Part shown: piece after piece, positions 1 through 13,471 of the stretch | Layout of the letters: every line of letters begins with the position of its first letter | How positions within the stretch are numbered: position 1 is the stretch's first letter | Assembly (NCBI GenBank): GCA_951406725.2 | Contig: OX597830.1 | Location: 60,450,001-60,514,000 of the forward strand | Length of the DNA: 64,000 bases | Direction: 5' to 3' | Source: Octopus vulgaris | Lineage: Eukaryota | Notes under the pieces: model-generated | Database searches by the model: none | The model's input: the letters and a program-made list of their open reading frames with translations, nothing else | What the model was told of the DNA's origin: nothing | Translations under genes and position numbers: made by a program

Positions 1-319
1 TTCGTGATGGTTATTTTTATCAGTTCATTACGTCCATTTTACAAAGGGGGAAGAGGACCGATGGTGAGGTATCTTGCTTGTCCACTTTACAATTCTTATT
101 TCTATGCTTTACACCCCCACCCCCAACATCTAAGCATAGCATCGGGGTCCTTTTGCGCAGATCCTTTGACGTTAAGACATCTTGATTGCCTTCCAGATGC
201 CGATAGCATCAAGGCACTTGATTACACTAATTGCTTTCATCTCCTAGGAAATATCTTGAAGACATATCAATAACACGCTTGCCTCATCCTCGTCCTTATC
301 GTAGACATTGTCATCGTCG

Positions 320-379
<60 letters not shown>

Positions 380-488
380 CTATTATCAGAGCCCTTGTGG
401 CTAACAATGAAAATATTAATATTGTTCTTATTGTCATTACTATTAGAGCTCTTGTGGGTAATAATGAAGTTATTGTTGTTATAGTTAT

Positions 489-560
<72 letters not shown>

Positions 561-834
561 AAAAAGAAGAAGCAGCAGCGGCAGCGGCAGTAGCAGAAGT
601 AGAAAAGGTATTCTATCAAGTTCATTGATGTAATCTTCCTGAAATTGTTATTAGATTTTAATGTAAAAGTCCAAATATATACGCAACATAGATTTACTAT
701 CGAAGGATAATAGGCGCACATCTGTACACATGTTCCTATTTTTTAATACCGTTTAAATTTTCTTTTTCACGTGGCTTCATGTCAGTCCTCAAAATAATCA
801 TCGTTCTTATGTTGCACCAGCCTTCGATATCCTT

Positions 835-1311
835 CTTGCATCAATCATCATCATCATTGTTCGACCGTGGTCGAGACAATGGAATTTACCATGCTACGCC
901 AGACTTCACGGTCCATCATGGCATTACAGAGGTCCTGTTGCTGGATGCCTGTATCCCTGGAGATTACATCAGGGTAGGAGAGTGTGCGCCCTCTGGTATC
1001 GCGAGTAGATGGCTTCCAGAGGAGAAGAGTAGAAATTGCCTTGTTTTCAGCTCTACAACAATATCCAGCAAACTGGACTCTCCTACTTTTCACAAGAGAT
1101 GACACAGGTGGTAGTTTCCCATATATTTGTATTCAAATCTTCAAAGCCACAGTCAAACCAATTCTACTATATGGCTCAGAAACCTGGACGTTATCAAAGA
1201 AGCTTGTGAGGCGGTTGGATGGAACTTACACTCGCCTCCTTATGAGAGCTCAAAATCTCTCGTGGAAGCGTCATCCAACCAAAATATAAATATATGGGAA
1301 ACTTGCACCAA
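835..1311 (-). mobile_element. RTE-like LINE 3' fragment with inverted 5' segment
   Basis: 845-1133 matches the 3' end of the longer copy at 25951-26240 (…[12 protein letters not shown]…STTVEQ* then a (TGA)n tail on the - strand). 1134-1301 encodes the immediately upstream RT segment (IFKATVKPILLYGSETW…HPTK) on the + strand. Flanks CTTGCATCAA (835-844) and CTTGCACCAA (1302-1311) resemble a TSD. Confidence 0.85.
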
Positions 1312-1826
1312 ATAATATCAGTAAAATATTTGGATACGTTCGTACTGCCCTTCACGTTACTTGTCATAGTCTTCTGAAATAACCAGCATATGGATTCTCA
1401 TTCCCATATTGATGAACACAATCAAGCATGATCTCATTTTGCTGTCTGCAATCTGAAGAACTTTTGCAAGAAATTGTTCAGTAACATATGATTGCAAGTT
1501 CTTAGATGAAATTCAGATATACTATACCACAAGTGAGCCTTTTACATCCATCTTCATGTGAAAATGCCTTCAACTACAGATGTAAATTTATTGCCTGGGT
1601 ATTTGAATCTTCTGCTAACTTTATTAAAAGATTTTACAATTCTCTTAAACTCTAACATCAAAGAGAGTTCCGTAAGATATTTTTTTAAATCATGGAAAAA
1701 CAAAGGCTGGTATGCATGGGCGACCGCTGTCTTCCATAAACAAACTTGCCAGGACTTGTGCCCTGCAGGGGAACTTTCTAGGTGCAATCCCATGATCATT
1801 CATGACCGAAGGGAGTCTTTACCCAA

Positions 1827-1865
<39 letters not shown>

Positions 1866-2289
1866 CTCGCACCACGATGTGAACTGCTATACTGCGATTT
1901 GCCAATCTTCCCCTCCTGATGAAGGAAGCCGGTTTACAGTAATGTCTATATGTATTCATCTACTGATTACATATCCATAGCGTTTTGCACACTCCATCTG
2001 ATAAGTATGGACATTGCAACTATCAAGTAATTCAGAGCTCTGTCAATTTAAACACTATGCATTTTCCCCTCAATTTTCTGTCAATTTAGTTGTCGATATA
2101 TATATATATAAATATCTATATGCTTGTACATAAGTATTTATCATCAGAACACTTTCAGTTTTTGTATATCGCTATAGATATCTACATGTCTAAATCTATA
2201 TATGTGTGCATATTTATGTATATCAATTATATATAATCATGTTTATCACTATCTCTATCTCTCCCTCTCTCTCTCTCTCTCTCTCAATG

Positions 2290-2333
<44 letters not shown>

Positions 2334-3035
2334 TGTATATACATATATATATATAACATGTATATACATATATATATATGTGTGTGTGTGTATGTATGTA
2401 TGTATGTATGTATGTATGTATGTATGTATGTATGTATACGTATATACTGGAAACAAACACATATATCAGTCAATTCTGATCCATAAAGACAAGAATGAGA
2501 AATTATATAACTACCTCGATATATAATATTTTTGAATCAGCACACACCAAGTAATGGCGATTTATCATAGTAGACAGTAATTCCATACTTTTTCTTCTTT
2601 TTTGCTTCAGACAGCTGTAGACGGCTGTACAGAATGTCCTGTAGCTATACATGTTACAAACGGCCCATTATACGAAAATACGGATTTCATACTTTAAATA
2701 ATCAATAAACAATTTCCAATCATCGGCTTTGTATCGGTTTCCAATTTATTCGATTAAGCTTTTATTATTTGTTCAGTAAATGTGTTTTCCTTGCTTAAGA
2801 ATCCATAACTGCTTTCTTTTTATAATGTTATCATGCGAATGTTTCTATTGCAAGCTGATATTTTATAGTGGGTATTTGTTAATATAATAGTTAGAAATAA
2901 TATTATCAAAATATCAAACATACTATATGTTGTTTAGATAAATAACACGTTGTAAGGACGGCAGATATTACGACAAGGTATGTAAAAACGGTATAAACGT
3001 TGCAGGGCAATCACCTATCTTTATGTAGAATATGC

Positions 3036-3109
<74 letters not shown>

Positions 3110-4631
3110 ACACAATACATTGACTTTAATTCTGAAAGTGATGGATCGAAAAAAAGCAAGAGTTTTGAAACTCAGCATGCCAGGAATTACAAATACCTTT
3201 TGAATTCAACACCAAAAATTGATTCAATACAGAGGAATTGTTGTGGTCCCACTGCATTCATTAGGGATCTTTATTACCAATTTGCAGTGTGAATATTCCC
3301 TATTAACACATCTTCGCTCTAGTCGCATAAAAGTTATGTTTCTATTACCCGGTATTTCTAGCATGCCCAAAAGAACGTAATATTAGGATGTGACCCGTGA
3401 GAAATGATTTATATTGCTCCCTTATTGTATCCTTCTATAAAGTAAAACTGAGATTATATATGATATATATGTATATATATTACTATATGTGTATTATTGC
3501 ATTAATGCTAGAGATGCAGCCGTTTTATGACATTATGACGAATTTCTTTAAATCAACAATAAGGAACAGGCAAATAATTCCTTCAAAGCCGACTGCAACG
3601 TGATTATGAATCCCATTCTTTCTGAAATATACCTTGGGATATTTCAAGGCGATAATATTTATAATCTTCACTTTGTACTGCGCCAGTAATGCATGCATTG
3701 TGTAATGACTAACACTAGGAATAGGGCGGACAAAGCTTATTTCCTCTATCGATAAACTAAAACAGTATGTAGCCAATGGTTCGCAGTTTGATAGTCTCTT
3801 GGGTATTGTAAAACGAACGTGAGAAATTAACAATACAGCAGGCCAGACAAATGAGCAACATGGAAAACTCTACATATTATAGACATTAAGGAGTAGATTG
3901 AAGCATAGTATATGCGTGAAAGCTACGACATAATAATGAAGAATGTGTATTTTGAAATGATAATATAAATTCCAAGGAATCATTTGTATAACAAGAATCC
4001 TATCTCCACCATCAGCTCATTTCAGTTAGTAGCCATAATATTTATTTTGCGTTATTAGACTGAAATAATTAAACACAATAGCAACGTTAAGAATCTACTA
4101 AACAGTATGACATATTACCTGAAATATGATTGTAACAATGGTAATAAATCAATTACTATCGCAACAGGAAAATTCTCACAAGAAATTTGACGGATTTTCA
4201 GCAGCCAAATTCTAAATCCAACCTAATAGCAAGGCACAAATTCGATTACTGTATAAACAAACATAAAAGAATTTGACACGAGTAAATGCATCCATGGGCT
4301 ATAAACAATCACCTGCTTAGAATAGTAGCCAAGTTATCTTCAAATTACCCCCTACTATTAAAACAGGAATTACACTAACATTAGAATCTCTCCGCTCCTA
4401 AAAATGCAACACCTGATGGCCCGAATCTGCCAATCCATCGTCTTCGGAGAACTGGTAGATTCAATGCCAAATAGTTGTCAAATTTCTCTTCAATTACATG
4501 CTACAGTCTTAAATATATAAGGTAGTCGTAGATACACTGTTTCGATATATGAGATGGTCGTGGCTGAAACCTAACAATCTTGTTCTGCTAATTCAGGGTC
4601 GATATTGAGCTAAACAACAACTTTTCGATCA

Positions 4632-5040
4632 AGGAGTGACTGTGTGGTAAGTAGCTTGCAAACCAAACACATGGTTCCGGGTTCAGTCCCACTGCGTGGC
4701 ACCTTGGGCAAGTGTCTTCAGCTATAGCCCCGGGCCGACCAATGCCTTGTTTGTGGATTTGGTAGACGGAAACTGAAAGAAGCCCGTCGTATATATGTAT
4801 ATATATGTATGTATATGTATGTGTGTGTGTTTGTGTGTCTGTGTTTGTCCCCCTAGCATTGCTTGACAACCAATGCTGGTGTGTTTATGTCGCCGTTACT
4901 TAGCGGCTCGGCAAAAAGAGACCGATAGAATAAGTACTGGGCTTACAAAGAATAAGTCCCGGGGTCGATTTGCTCGACTAAAGGCGGTGCTCCAGCATGG
5001 CCGCAGCCAATGACTGAAACAAGTAAAAGAGTAAAAGAGA
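4632..5040 (+). mobile_element. SINE family A (tRNA-derived, CORE-like)
   Basis: Head with box-B-like GGTTCAGTCCC, CORE-like GGCACCTTGGGCAAGTG, internal (TA)/(TG) tract, tail …GACTGAAACAAGTAAAAGA. Several homologous copies occur in the window. Confidence 0.85.
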
Positions 5041-5079
5041 GAGAGAGAGAATGCCATCAAGCCTGAGGGAGGGTGCAAG

Positions 5080-5240
5080 TCCATTACATCGACCTCAGTG
5101 CTCCACTGGAACTTATTTTATCGACCCCGAAAGAGCAAAAGACAAAGTTGACGACAGTGGAATTTGAAGTCAGAAAGACGGATGAAATACAGCTAAGCAT
5201 TTCTTCCGGCGTGTTAAAGATTCTGCCAGCTCGCCACCTT
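5080..5240 (-). mobile_element. SINE family B, diverged copy
   Basis: Reverse complement matches the family B body (compare 24866-25095). Confidence 0.65.
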
Positions 5241-5701
5241 AATAATAAGGATGATGATATCAATGATTTCCCAGCACTGGTGATACTGACGGGGGTTAAT
5301 TGGTAAAATTTACCTCAGAGGTACAATTCACTGAATCATCTATAATATATTACCAGTTCTTATTGACTCAACAGGTGGGGATGAAGGTAAATGACAGGTG
5401 TTCAGGTTTTAAACCAAGGGTGTACAGAGGTGAGGGTAAATATTATAAGACATCCAGTTCATCCCAACGCTCTATTATTTATGCCAACCAGTGACGTGTA
5501 TTACTTGGGAGAATTAAAATAATTATATAATAAGTTACATAATTTGACCACAGAACCTCTTTATCTTCGGTGGAGACTCGATTAGTTTACGTAGACAGTT
5601 ACGATTCCCTATTTCACTTCACCTCACATATCAGTTACAACCTGAGTACAAAGTCATAAAGTGTGATGGTTACAAAATTACGTTCGTCTACAAATCCAGT
5701 A

Positions 5702-5747
<46 letters not shown>

Positions 5748-6771
5748 ATATATAAAAATACAAAATGGGACAAGAACGCAAAACATTCAAATAGACGATA
5801 CAAAAAACGGACGGGTCATTCGAAGCCTCTAATCTTCAGTCAAGAACCGGATTATCCTCGCAATTTCGGCTGATTAATCTTGAGATTTCTCTAATCTGGC
5901 TAGCCCCAAGGAAAAACTAAGCTACGAGCATTAGATTTCTTGGAAAAAGGATCGAATGTATTCGAAACAAGGACAGAAAAACGGACGATGTTACACGAAT
6001 ATAAATACAAAAAACAAAAAGTAATACGAATATAAATACAAAAAACAATAATAATAATAATTATAACAGGACAAAAACAACAGGCGTCTTTCGACTTTAG
6101 ACAGTTCAACTTAGCTGGCGTATTTGAAAAATAATGCCTGGATATAATTACCTTTATGTATACACCGAATGAATGAACATACGCGTGTATATATGGGTGC
6201 AGGCGAATAAGTCTCTTCCTGTGTGATAGGAATCTGTTAATGGCTGATTAAGCGACAGCGATGGGTATCAGGGCAACTGAAGTTACGTTTTACGAGACGA
6301 CAGCAGACAAGTTGGTATTCGGCTGGGATAATAGGATGACCACGAATCCTTTGAAGAAAAGCAGGCAAAAGAGGAAACGAATACTTCAAGTCTATATCCT
6401 GATACATCACAGTGTTAATCTGTCTCCATAAAAAAAGAAAGAACGAGATATGCTTACGATAAAATAGAAGACAGAATTTTAAGTTCGATTTATATTTACA
6501 CTTTTGATTTTTATTTTCGTTGACTGATTTTAGTCTGTTTGTATCGTAATTCATATTTTCAATTTTTTTTTTTTTACTGTCATTACTTTATTTTGTATTT
6601 TTATTACTTTGTTTGAATCTGAAAGTTACTCAGTACAGAGGGAATGCTAAAAATACAAAGGGGTATAAAGCAGTGGAAAACTGAACGTGATCCAGCAGTG
6701 CTATCGAAGCCAGTAGCCTGATGACGACGTACTAAAACACTGTTGCTGATAAATCATATTCATTTATGTAA

Positions 6772-7166
6772 TCTTTATATATAAAAGTGAGGTTGTATGC
6801 TGTCTGTCTCCTACGATTTAGATTCCTAACTACTCTCACATTTTGCGGTGCAGTTTAACCAAAACCGGGTATCGTATAGTCGTGATTCATATCGAGCCCT
6901 TCTGGGTATTAGGGCGCGTCTACGATGAGTCTACGATTTAAACAAAAATTTATCATCAATTTTTCCCATTTTTAATGCATCTTTGGCATATATAAGGGAA
7001 GTAACTCTCTAAAAATGTATTATTAAATCTCAGAACGTAAAAAGCTACAGTAACCCCTCCCCTTGTGGTTAACCATATTGAGATGGCTATTATACTTTAC
7101 ATCTCTAAAAATGCTTATATAGTTATTTCCCTTACAAACCCGAGCAACGCCGGGCGATACTGCTAG
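6772..7166 (+). mobile_element. Non-autonomous Helitron
   Basis: 5' TC(TTTATATATAAAAG), subterminal GC hairpin CCCGAGCAACGCCGGG, 3' CTAG, inserted between A and T with no TSD. A near-identical copy lies at 45475-45866. Confidence 0.88.
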
Positions 7167-7295
7167 TTATTTCTAAAAGGTCTTATATATTAGTATGAAA
7201 TGAAAAGCCCAGCAACTAAAACTATTTACATTTGCACAGAAACAATTGTTGTGGTAAGTGATTAAAACCTGTTCATACCATTTTCATGTTGTATA

Positions 7296-7699
7296 CTCTC
7301 TTTTAATTGTTTCAGTCATTTGACTGTGGCCATGCTGGAGCACCGCCTTTAGTCGAGCAAATCGACCCCATGACTTATTCTTTGTAAGCCTAGTACTTAT
7401 TCTATCGGTCTGTTTTGCCGAACCGCTAAGTTACGGGGACGTAAACACACCAGCATTGGTTGTCAAGCGATGTTGGTGGGGACAAACACAGACAAATACA
7501 CACACACACACACACATATATACATATATATAAACATATATACGACGGGCTTCTTTCAGTTTCCGTCTACCAAATCCACTCACAAGGCTTTGGTCGGCCC
7601 GAGGCTATAGTAAAAAAACACTTACGCAAGGTGCCACGCAGTGGGAATGAACCCGGAAACCATGTGGTACGTAAGCAAGCTACTTACCACACAGCCACT

Positions 7700-7701
<2 letters not shown>
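7296..7701 (-). mobile_element. SINE family A
   Basis: Reverse complement of the 4632-5040 / 10776-11211 family. Confidence 0.85.
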
Positions 7702-7738
<37 letters not shown>

Positions 7739-7778
7739 CGTATTTTTGCCATTTCAATATGGCTAACCCCTAAGGGTG

Positions 7779-7832
<54 letters not shown>

Positions 7833-7958
7833 GAGGGGAAGTCAAGATTTATCCGCACTTTCGTTACAACACATCTTTATTATTGTCACACTGCTATTGT
7901 GGTCACGTGATCAAAGTTTGAGCCTGATCGCTCCATCTTGCTTTCTGGCTTTACAGTG

Positions 7959-8768
7959 TGTTGTAGGGAATTAGTAATCATGGTATACGCCTCCCACGTG
8001 ACGAATGGAATAACTTAGTCACTATAAGTAAAGAGAAGTACTAGAAGTTCCGGAGTACGTAGTAGGCGGTGAGAGATAGCCGTGTCTTTACTGGTTTCAT
8101 TAAGGATACTGCATACCGAAGTGGGCGTTATGATAATCCAACATTAAAAGGATTACAACAGTGGCGACGAGGATTTAAACAGCTTACGAGGAATTAACAA
8201 ACTCAACGAGGATTTAAACAACTCACGAGGAATTAACAATTCGCGTGGAGTTAATAGAAACTCGAAAACGAGTTGATAAACTCACAAAGTTTTGTTGTGT
8301 GAATTTTACGAAAAAAATCATAAAATTATGGAAAATTTGTTGACCGGTTTGCTCGAGTTTGAAACACAGCAACAACAGCAACTGAAAGAACAAAAGCTGA
8401 ACAACAACCGAAAGAACAACAGCAGCAGATACAACTGCAAAAGCAACAACAGAAACAACAACATATAATATTACAGCAAGAAATGCTGCAATTACTGAAG
8501 TCAACAGGAAAGTCAGAAGAAGTGTTCTCGACAGACTATGTCGCGAACACCATTACAGAGTTCAAATACGAACCTGACGAAGGAGTTATCTTCATGCTAC
8601 AGAAGATATGAGCAAACCTTCGAGAAAGAAAGTAAAGATTAGGACGACGAATGAAAATGCGCTTAATCTTGAAAAAACTGGAGGCAGTAGGCGGTCAGAG
8701 ATAGCCGTGTCTTAACTGGTTTTATTAAGGATACTGTGAACCGAAGTGGGCGTTATAATAATCCAACA
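7959..8768 (+). mobile_element. Internally deleted Ty3/gypsy-type LTR retrotransposon
   Basis: LTR 7959-8160 bounded by TGTTGTA…TACAACA, followed directly by PBS-like GTGGCGACGAGG. A broken gag-like peptide follows (Q-rich; ITEFKYEPDEGVIF…RRYEQTF…KMRLILKKL). A partial second LTR copy lies at 8685-8768. Confidence 0.75.
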
Positions 8769-8849
8769 GTAATTATGTAATCCCAAGAAAACCTTCGGAC
8801 ATAAACTTTAATGACACAATAGATATATTGTGTAAAATTTTTAGTGAAA

Positions 8850-9110
8850 AAAGCTCATTGTTCAACACACGTTGGAAGTGTCTGATCCGATTTCTCTGGT
8901 CGGAAGGTGTGTCAGGTACTGGAAATCTAGCATTTTTAGCACAATATGGGGACAGTGCACAACTGCGTAGAAGTGTGTATGAGTGGATCGAGAAGATTAA
9001 AGTCGCCAGACAAGCGTGATGCCCGAAGAGGGAGCAGGAGGCCCATCAACATCGACCACTGAAGAGAAGATTCAGCAAACTCGAAAGATGGTAATGGCGA
9101 ACGGGTTCAC
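8850..9110 (+). pseudogene. Mariner transposase N-terminal (HTH) relic
   Basis: LIRFLWSEGV…AQYGDSAQLRRSVYEWIEK / EGAGGPSTSTTEEKIQQ. A mariner-like end TACGAGGGG lies at ~7830, upstream of the LTR insertion. Confidence 0.7.
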
Positions 9111-9347
9111 CATTACCAAACAGGACAGTGAAAGCAAACAGGAAGTGCTGCTAAGCCTAAACGAGGCTCTGGTGGCGAACGCGAAGAAAGAAGCCTGGAC
9201 AGGAGAGAGACAAGAATGTCTTTCTTGTCCAGCTGCAACAGAAAGAAAGAAACACAAGAGAAGAAATATACATACATACGTACATACATACATACATACA
9301 TACATACATACATACATACATACATACATACATACATACATACACAC

Positions 9348-9378
<31 letters not shown>

Positions 9379-9383
9379 TATAT

Positions 9384-9686
9384 ATCACGTGACCGACCAG
9401 ACCATCAGATGCTGCTACACATCGCTGGTCACAATGCGCTTCGCATTGTTTTAGCCTTCAAATGACGCCACCCCGCTGGCTAAGCGAGCAGGCCAACAGA
9501 AGAAAGAGTGGGAGAAAGAGTGGTGAAAGAGTACAGCAGGGATCACCACCATCCCCTGCCGGAGTCTCGTGGAGCTTTTAGGTGTTTTCGCTCAATAAAC
9601 ACTCACAACGCCCGATCTGGGAATCGAAACCGCGATCCTACGACCGCGAGTCCGCTGCCCCAACCACTGGGCCATTGCACCTCCAC
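9384..9686 (-). mobile_element. SINE family C (tRNA-derived), tail type 1
   Basis: - strand head GGAGGTGCAATGGCCCAGTGGTT…GGTTTCGATTCC (tRNA A/B boxes). It shares head and body with 33902-34293. Confidence 0.8.
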
Positions 9687-9697
9687 ACACATACACA

Positions 9698-9835
<138 letters not shown>

Positions 9836-9947
9836 AACAAAGAGAGAGAGTGAGAAAGCGAGAGAGAGTGAGAAAGCGAGAGAGAAAGAGAGAGAGACAT
9901 GAATACATATGCACACAAACACATATACACATATATAGTTAAATAAA

Positions 9948-10690
9948 CATGTGATATTAAAAAATTCCCGGACTAGTATTGTAGCGCGCCGACAGATGGC
10001 AGCACAAAGTTGCGTGCGCAATGGGAGATAGCAGGGACCTTCATGAGGCAGTGTTCAGAGTGACACTACTGTCCTTACTTGGCAAGTTGTGAAATGTATG
10101 CTTTTGTGATCACCTGTATGCTGTAGTCTGCGATTTTTATCATGGGCAGGGAGTTGGAACAAAAAGTCAACGTGAAATTTTGCGCTAAACTTGGGAAGTC
10201 TATTACTGAGACATTGAGCATGTTTCGGCAAGCTTACGGCGACGAGGCAATGGGTCGTACGCAAGGTTTCGAGTAGCACGGGTGCATGCCAAAGCTGCAG
10301 CTCAACCAAGGGCATGCTCATCGTTTTTCTCGACATCCGCGGCATTGTGCATCGAGAATTCGTCCCCCAGGGCAAGATTCTTTAAAGTTCTTTAAAGAAT
10401 CATACCCGCCCTGTTCGCCAGATTTAGCACCTGCCAACTTCCATCCCTTCCCTAAGATAGAAATGCACCTCAAAGGTCACCGTCTTAACAACAATGCCAA
10501 GATCCAGAGCAAGTTGCAGAAGGCTCACTACTCGCTTACGAAAAACGACTTCTAGGTCGGATTCCCAAAGGGATATGAACAATGGGACCGGTGGCGCAAG
10601 GTGACTACGTCGAAGCCGATAGAGTTAGAACTTAGATAAGTGATTCTTTATTAAACATAACTAGTCCGGCAACTTTTTGAATCATGCATC
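9948..10690 (+). mobile_element. Internally deleted mariner transposon
   Basis: Imperfect TIRs (…CCGGACTAGT / ACTAGTCCGG…). Broken transposase: MGRELEQKVNVKFCAKLGKS…AYGDEAM; DIRGIVHREFVP; PPCSPDLAPANFHPFPK. Confidence 0.85.
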
Positions 10691-10729
10691 TATTCCACTC
10701 TTATTATATCTATTTATCTATCTATCTCT

Positions 10730-10775
<46 letters not shown>

Positions 10776-10777
<2 letters not shown>

Positions 10778-10938
10778 CGCAGGAGTGGCTGTGTGGCAAG
10801 TAGCTTGCTTACCAGCCACATGGTTCCGGGTTCAGTCCCACTGCGTAGCATCTTGGGCAAGTGTCTTCTGCTATAGCCTCGGGCCGACCAATGCCTTGTG
10901 AGTGGATTTGGTAGACGGAAACTGAAAGAAGCCTGTCG

Positions 10939-11006
<68 letters not shown>

Positions 11007-11211
11007 TGTGTCTGTGTTTGTCCCCCAAGCATTGCTTGACAACCGATGCTGTCTGTGTTTACGTCCCCGGAAACGCGGTTCGGCAAAAGAGACCAATAGA
11101 ATAAGCACTGGGTTTACAAAGAATAAGTCCCGGGGTCGATTTGCTCGACTAAAGGCGGTACTCCAGCATGGCCGCAGTCAAATGACTGAAACAAGTAAAA
11201 AAGTAAAAGAG
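10776..11211 (+). mobile_element. SINE family A, full length
   Basis: GGCGCAGGAGTGGCTGTGTGG head, CORE-like segment, internal microsatellite, A-rich tail. Confidence 0.88.
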
Positions 11212-11212
11212 C

Positions 11213-11244
<32 letters not shown>

Positions 11245-11680
11245 AGTGAGGAAGAGATGTCCACATGCGTGTAAACATAATACAGTCATATACATGTTTA
11301 CTCTACAGGATCTGAAAATGCATAAAAATTTTAATTATTACAAATCTCAAAAACAACTACACTAAAAGAAATGCAGAAATCTTCACCATCCGCAAAATAA
11401 TTAAGAGAACATGAAACGCTGCAGCTGTAAAGTGAGTGCAAGCTGGGTGTAGTTGTTAGAGAAAAGCCTTGTTATTTCAGCTATGTCCACCACACTACCT
11501 CTTTCAGCAAGGTACAAGACAACTTCCTGTCTTTCCGTGCCACAAAAAAAGGCGACAGGATGAACTCAGATGACTGGCAGATGTTATAATGATATATCTA
11601 AAGTATCGTAGAACCACCACAAATGACTTGGAAACATTCTGGTTCTCATCACATTCTGTAGTCATCAACAACACAATAAC

Positions 11681-11755
<75 letters not shown>

Positions 11756-13109
11756 AGCAGAGCAGGCCGAACAACATCTGATTTTTTTATTACCCACAAG
11801 GGGCAAACATAGAGGGGACAATACAATCTGATATGGGGTCAGTCTAACGAATAATAAATACACAAAATGATGAACTTTAACAATTAACAAAAAATGGCAA
11901 TGTAATTAAAAACAAAAATCGAATGGTAGAACAGACCAGAAGACATTACGGATGGAGTGGGGGCGGGTTTAGCTTGGACCCCACGTGCCCCGCCTCGACA
12001 TCTATCTAACAGTTACTACTCTCACCCAAAAGCTCATTTACGGTTGAAATTGGTGCAAGCGATGGAGCGCTTTTGCTGTTAAACCCACAAACATCCCGGC
12101 CTGCATTTATTAGAAGTCCATTCGACTGATTCCCAAAGACTAAAACACCAACACATTGCAACACGCATGCGTGCGTAAGGTTTATTCCCCAAGACTTTTC
12201 TATTGCTATTGTAAAGACGTTTTCTCATCAATACTTGATAGTCGCATACCACCTCCACCTCGCACAGTTAGTCTACCCGTCACTATTATATGCAGATACA
12301 CCACTAACCACTTCGCCCAACACCCCATCCCAATAACGGAAACTCTAGAAATCCTACTCCACCTAGTTTTTCTATTGACAAATGTCTCTTGATTTTCAAG
12401 TTGAATACCTACTTCAGACTTATTGGTCTGAGATGCCTTACAAATATCCTGTCTATTGACCCTCTTCCTCCCACTATATCATAAAAGACCACTGTATGGA
12501 AACATAAAATGTCAAAACTTGAGCAAACAATAAAGATATCACAAGTAAGCAGTTCACGTTTGAAGCTGTTGTGAACTCGCGTCGATCTTTATGTCAAAGA
12601 TTTTTTTAATGACATTTCCATCGAAGAGAATAAGAAATCTTTGGTCACTTTTTTTTTTCTCGAAATGGCCACTTTGGACAGGAGAAAATTCACTTACGAG
12701 GTTATTATTTAAGGAAACACTTACGAGGTTATTATTTAAGGAAAATCTAATGCTTAATTTCTCTGATATATTTAAATGCACATGTTAAGAAGTTGTTTGT
12801 AAAAATATATGAGAGGAACCGAAGTTGTTTCACAAGTTATTTTAAGAAATAAATCAAGAGTTATTCATAGAAACTAAATAACCAAACAGTGGGAAAATGC
12901 AAACAGAAATACCACGAGATAAATATCTCAAATCCACCTCTGAAAAATACACAAACCATTCAAAAGAGTATTGTATAAATCACGAGCATATTAACTGTAG
13001 AATAAATGAGCGCATTATCAAAAACCTCCTACAACAATATAAAATGCAAAACAATAAACTGAGATTAACAACAGTTTTAAATTTTGGTACAAGGTCAGTA
13101 ATTTCGGGG

Positions 13110-13260
13110 TGGAGTACATCGATTACATCGACCACAATGTTCAACTGGTTCTTATTTATGCACCCTGAGAGGATGAAAGTCGACGACGGCGGAATTTGAG
13201 CTCAGAACATAAAGATGGACGAAATGCTGCCAAGCATTTTGCCCGGCGTTCAAAACGATT
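13110..13260 (-). mobile_element. SINE family B, diverged copy
   Basis: Reverse complement matches the family B body. Confidence 0.65.
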
Positions 13261-13471
13261 CTTATTTTTTGCTGCTATTTTAGTGCTGCAAGGGATTTTT
13301 AATTGTGCTACAAAGGATTAGCAGAGTTGAATTTTGTTGTCATTTGAACCGTCTTCCTTCGTTCTTTTTCTCTTGTCAGTCTTTCTGCTCTTTTTTGTGT
13401 TTGCATTAGAGACTTTTATTTGAACATTTTTGATTTTGCTATGGACTTTTATATTTTAGTTTATTTTATCA

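Noticed and set aside
1453-1480. CTGAAGA…GAAA hammerhead-like match
   Set aside because: No stem II closing pair or stem I. Consistent with chance.
6715-6750. AGC-CTGATGA…AAAACACTGTTGCT
   Set aside because: GAAA is absent and stem II cannot form. At most a decayed relic.
12554-12860. Possible GIY-YIG C-terminal relic (LNISEKLSI…)
   Set aside because: Resemblance is too weak to call without a profile search.
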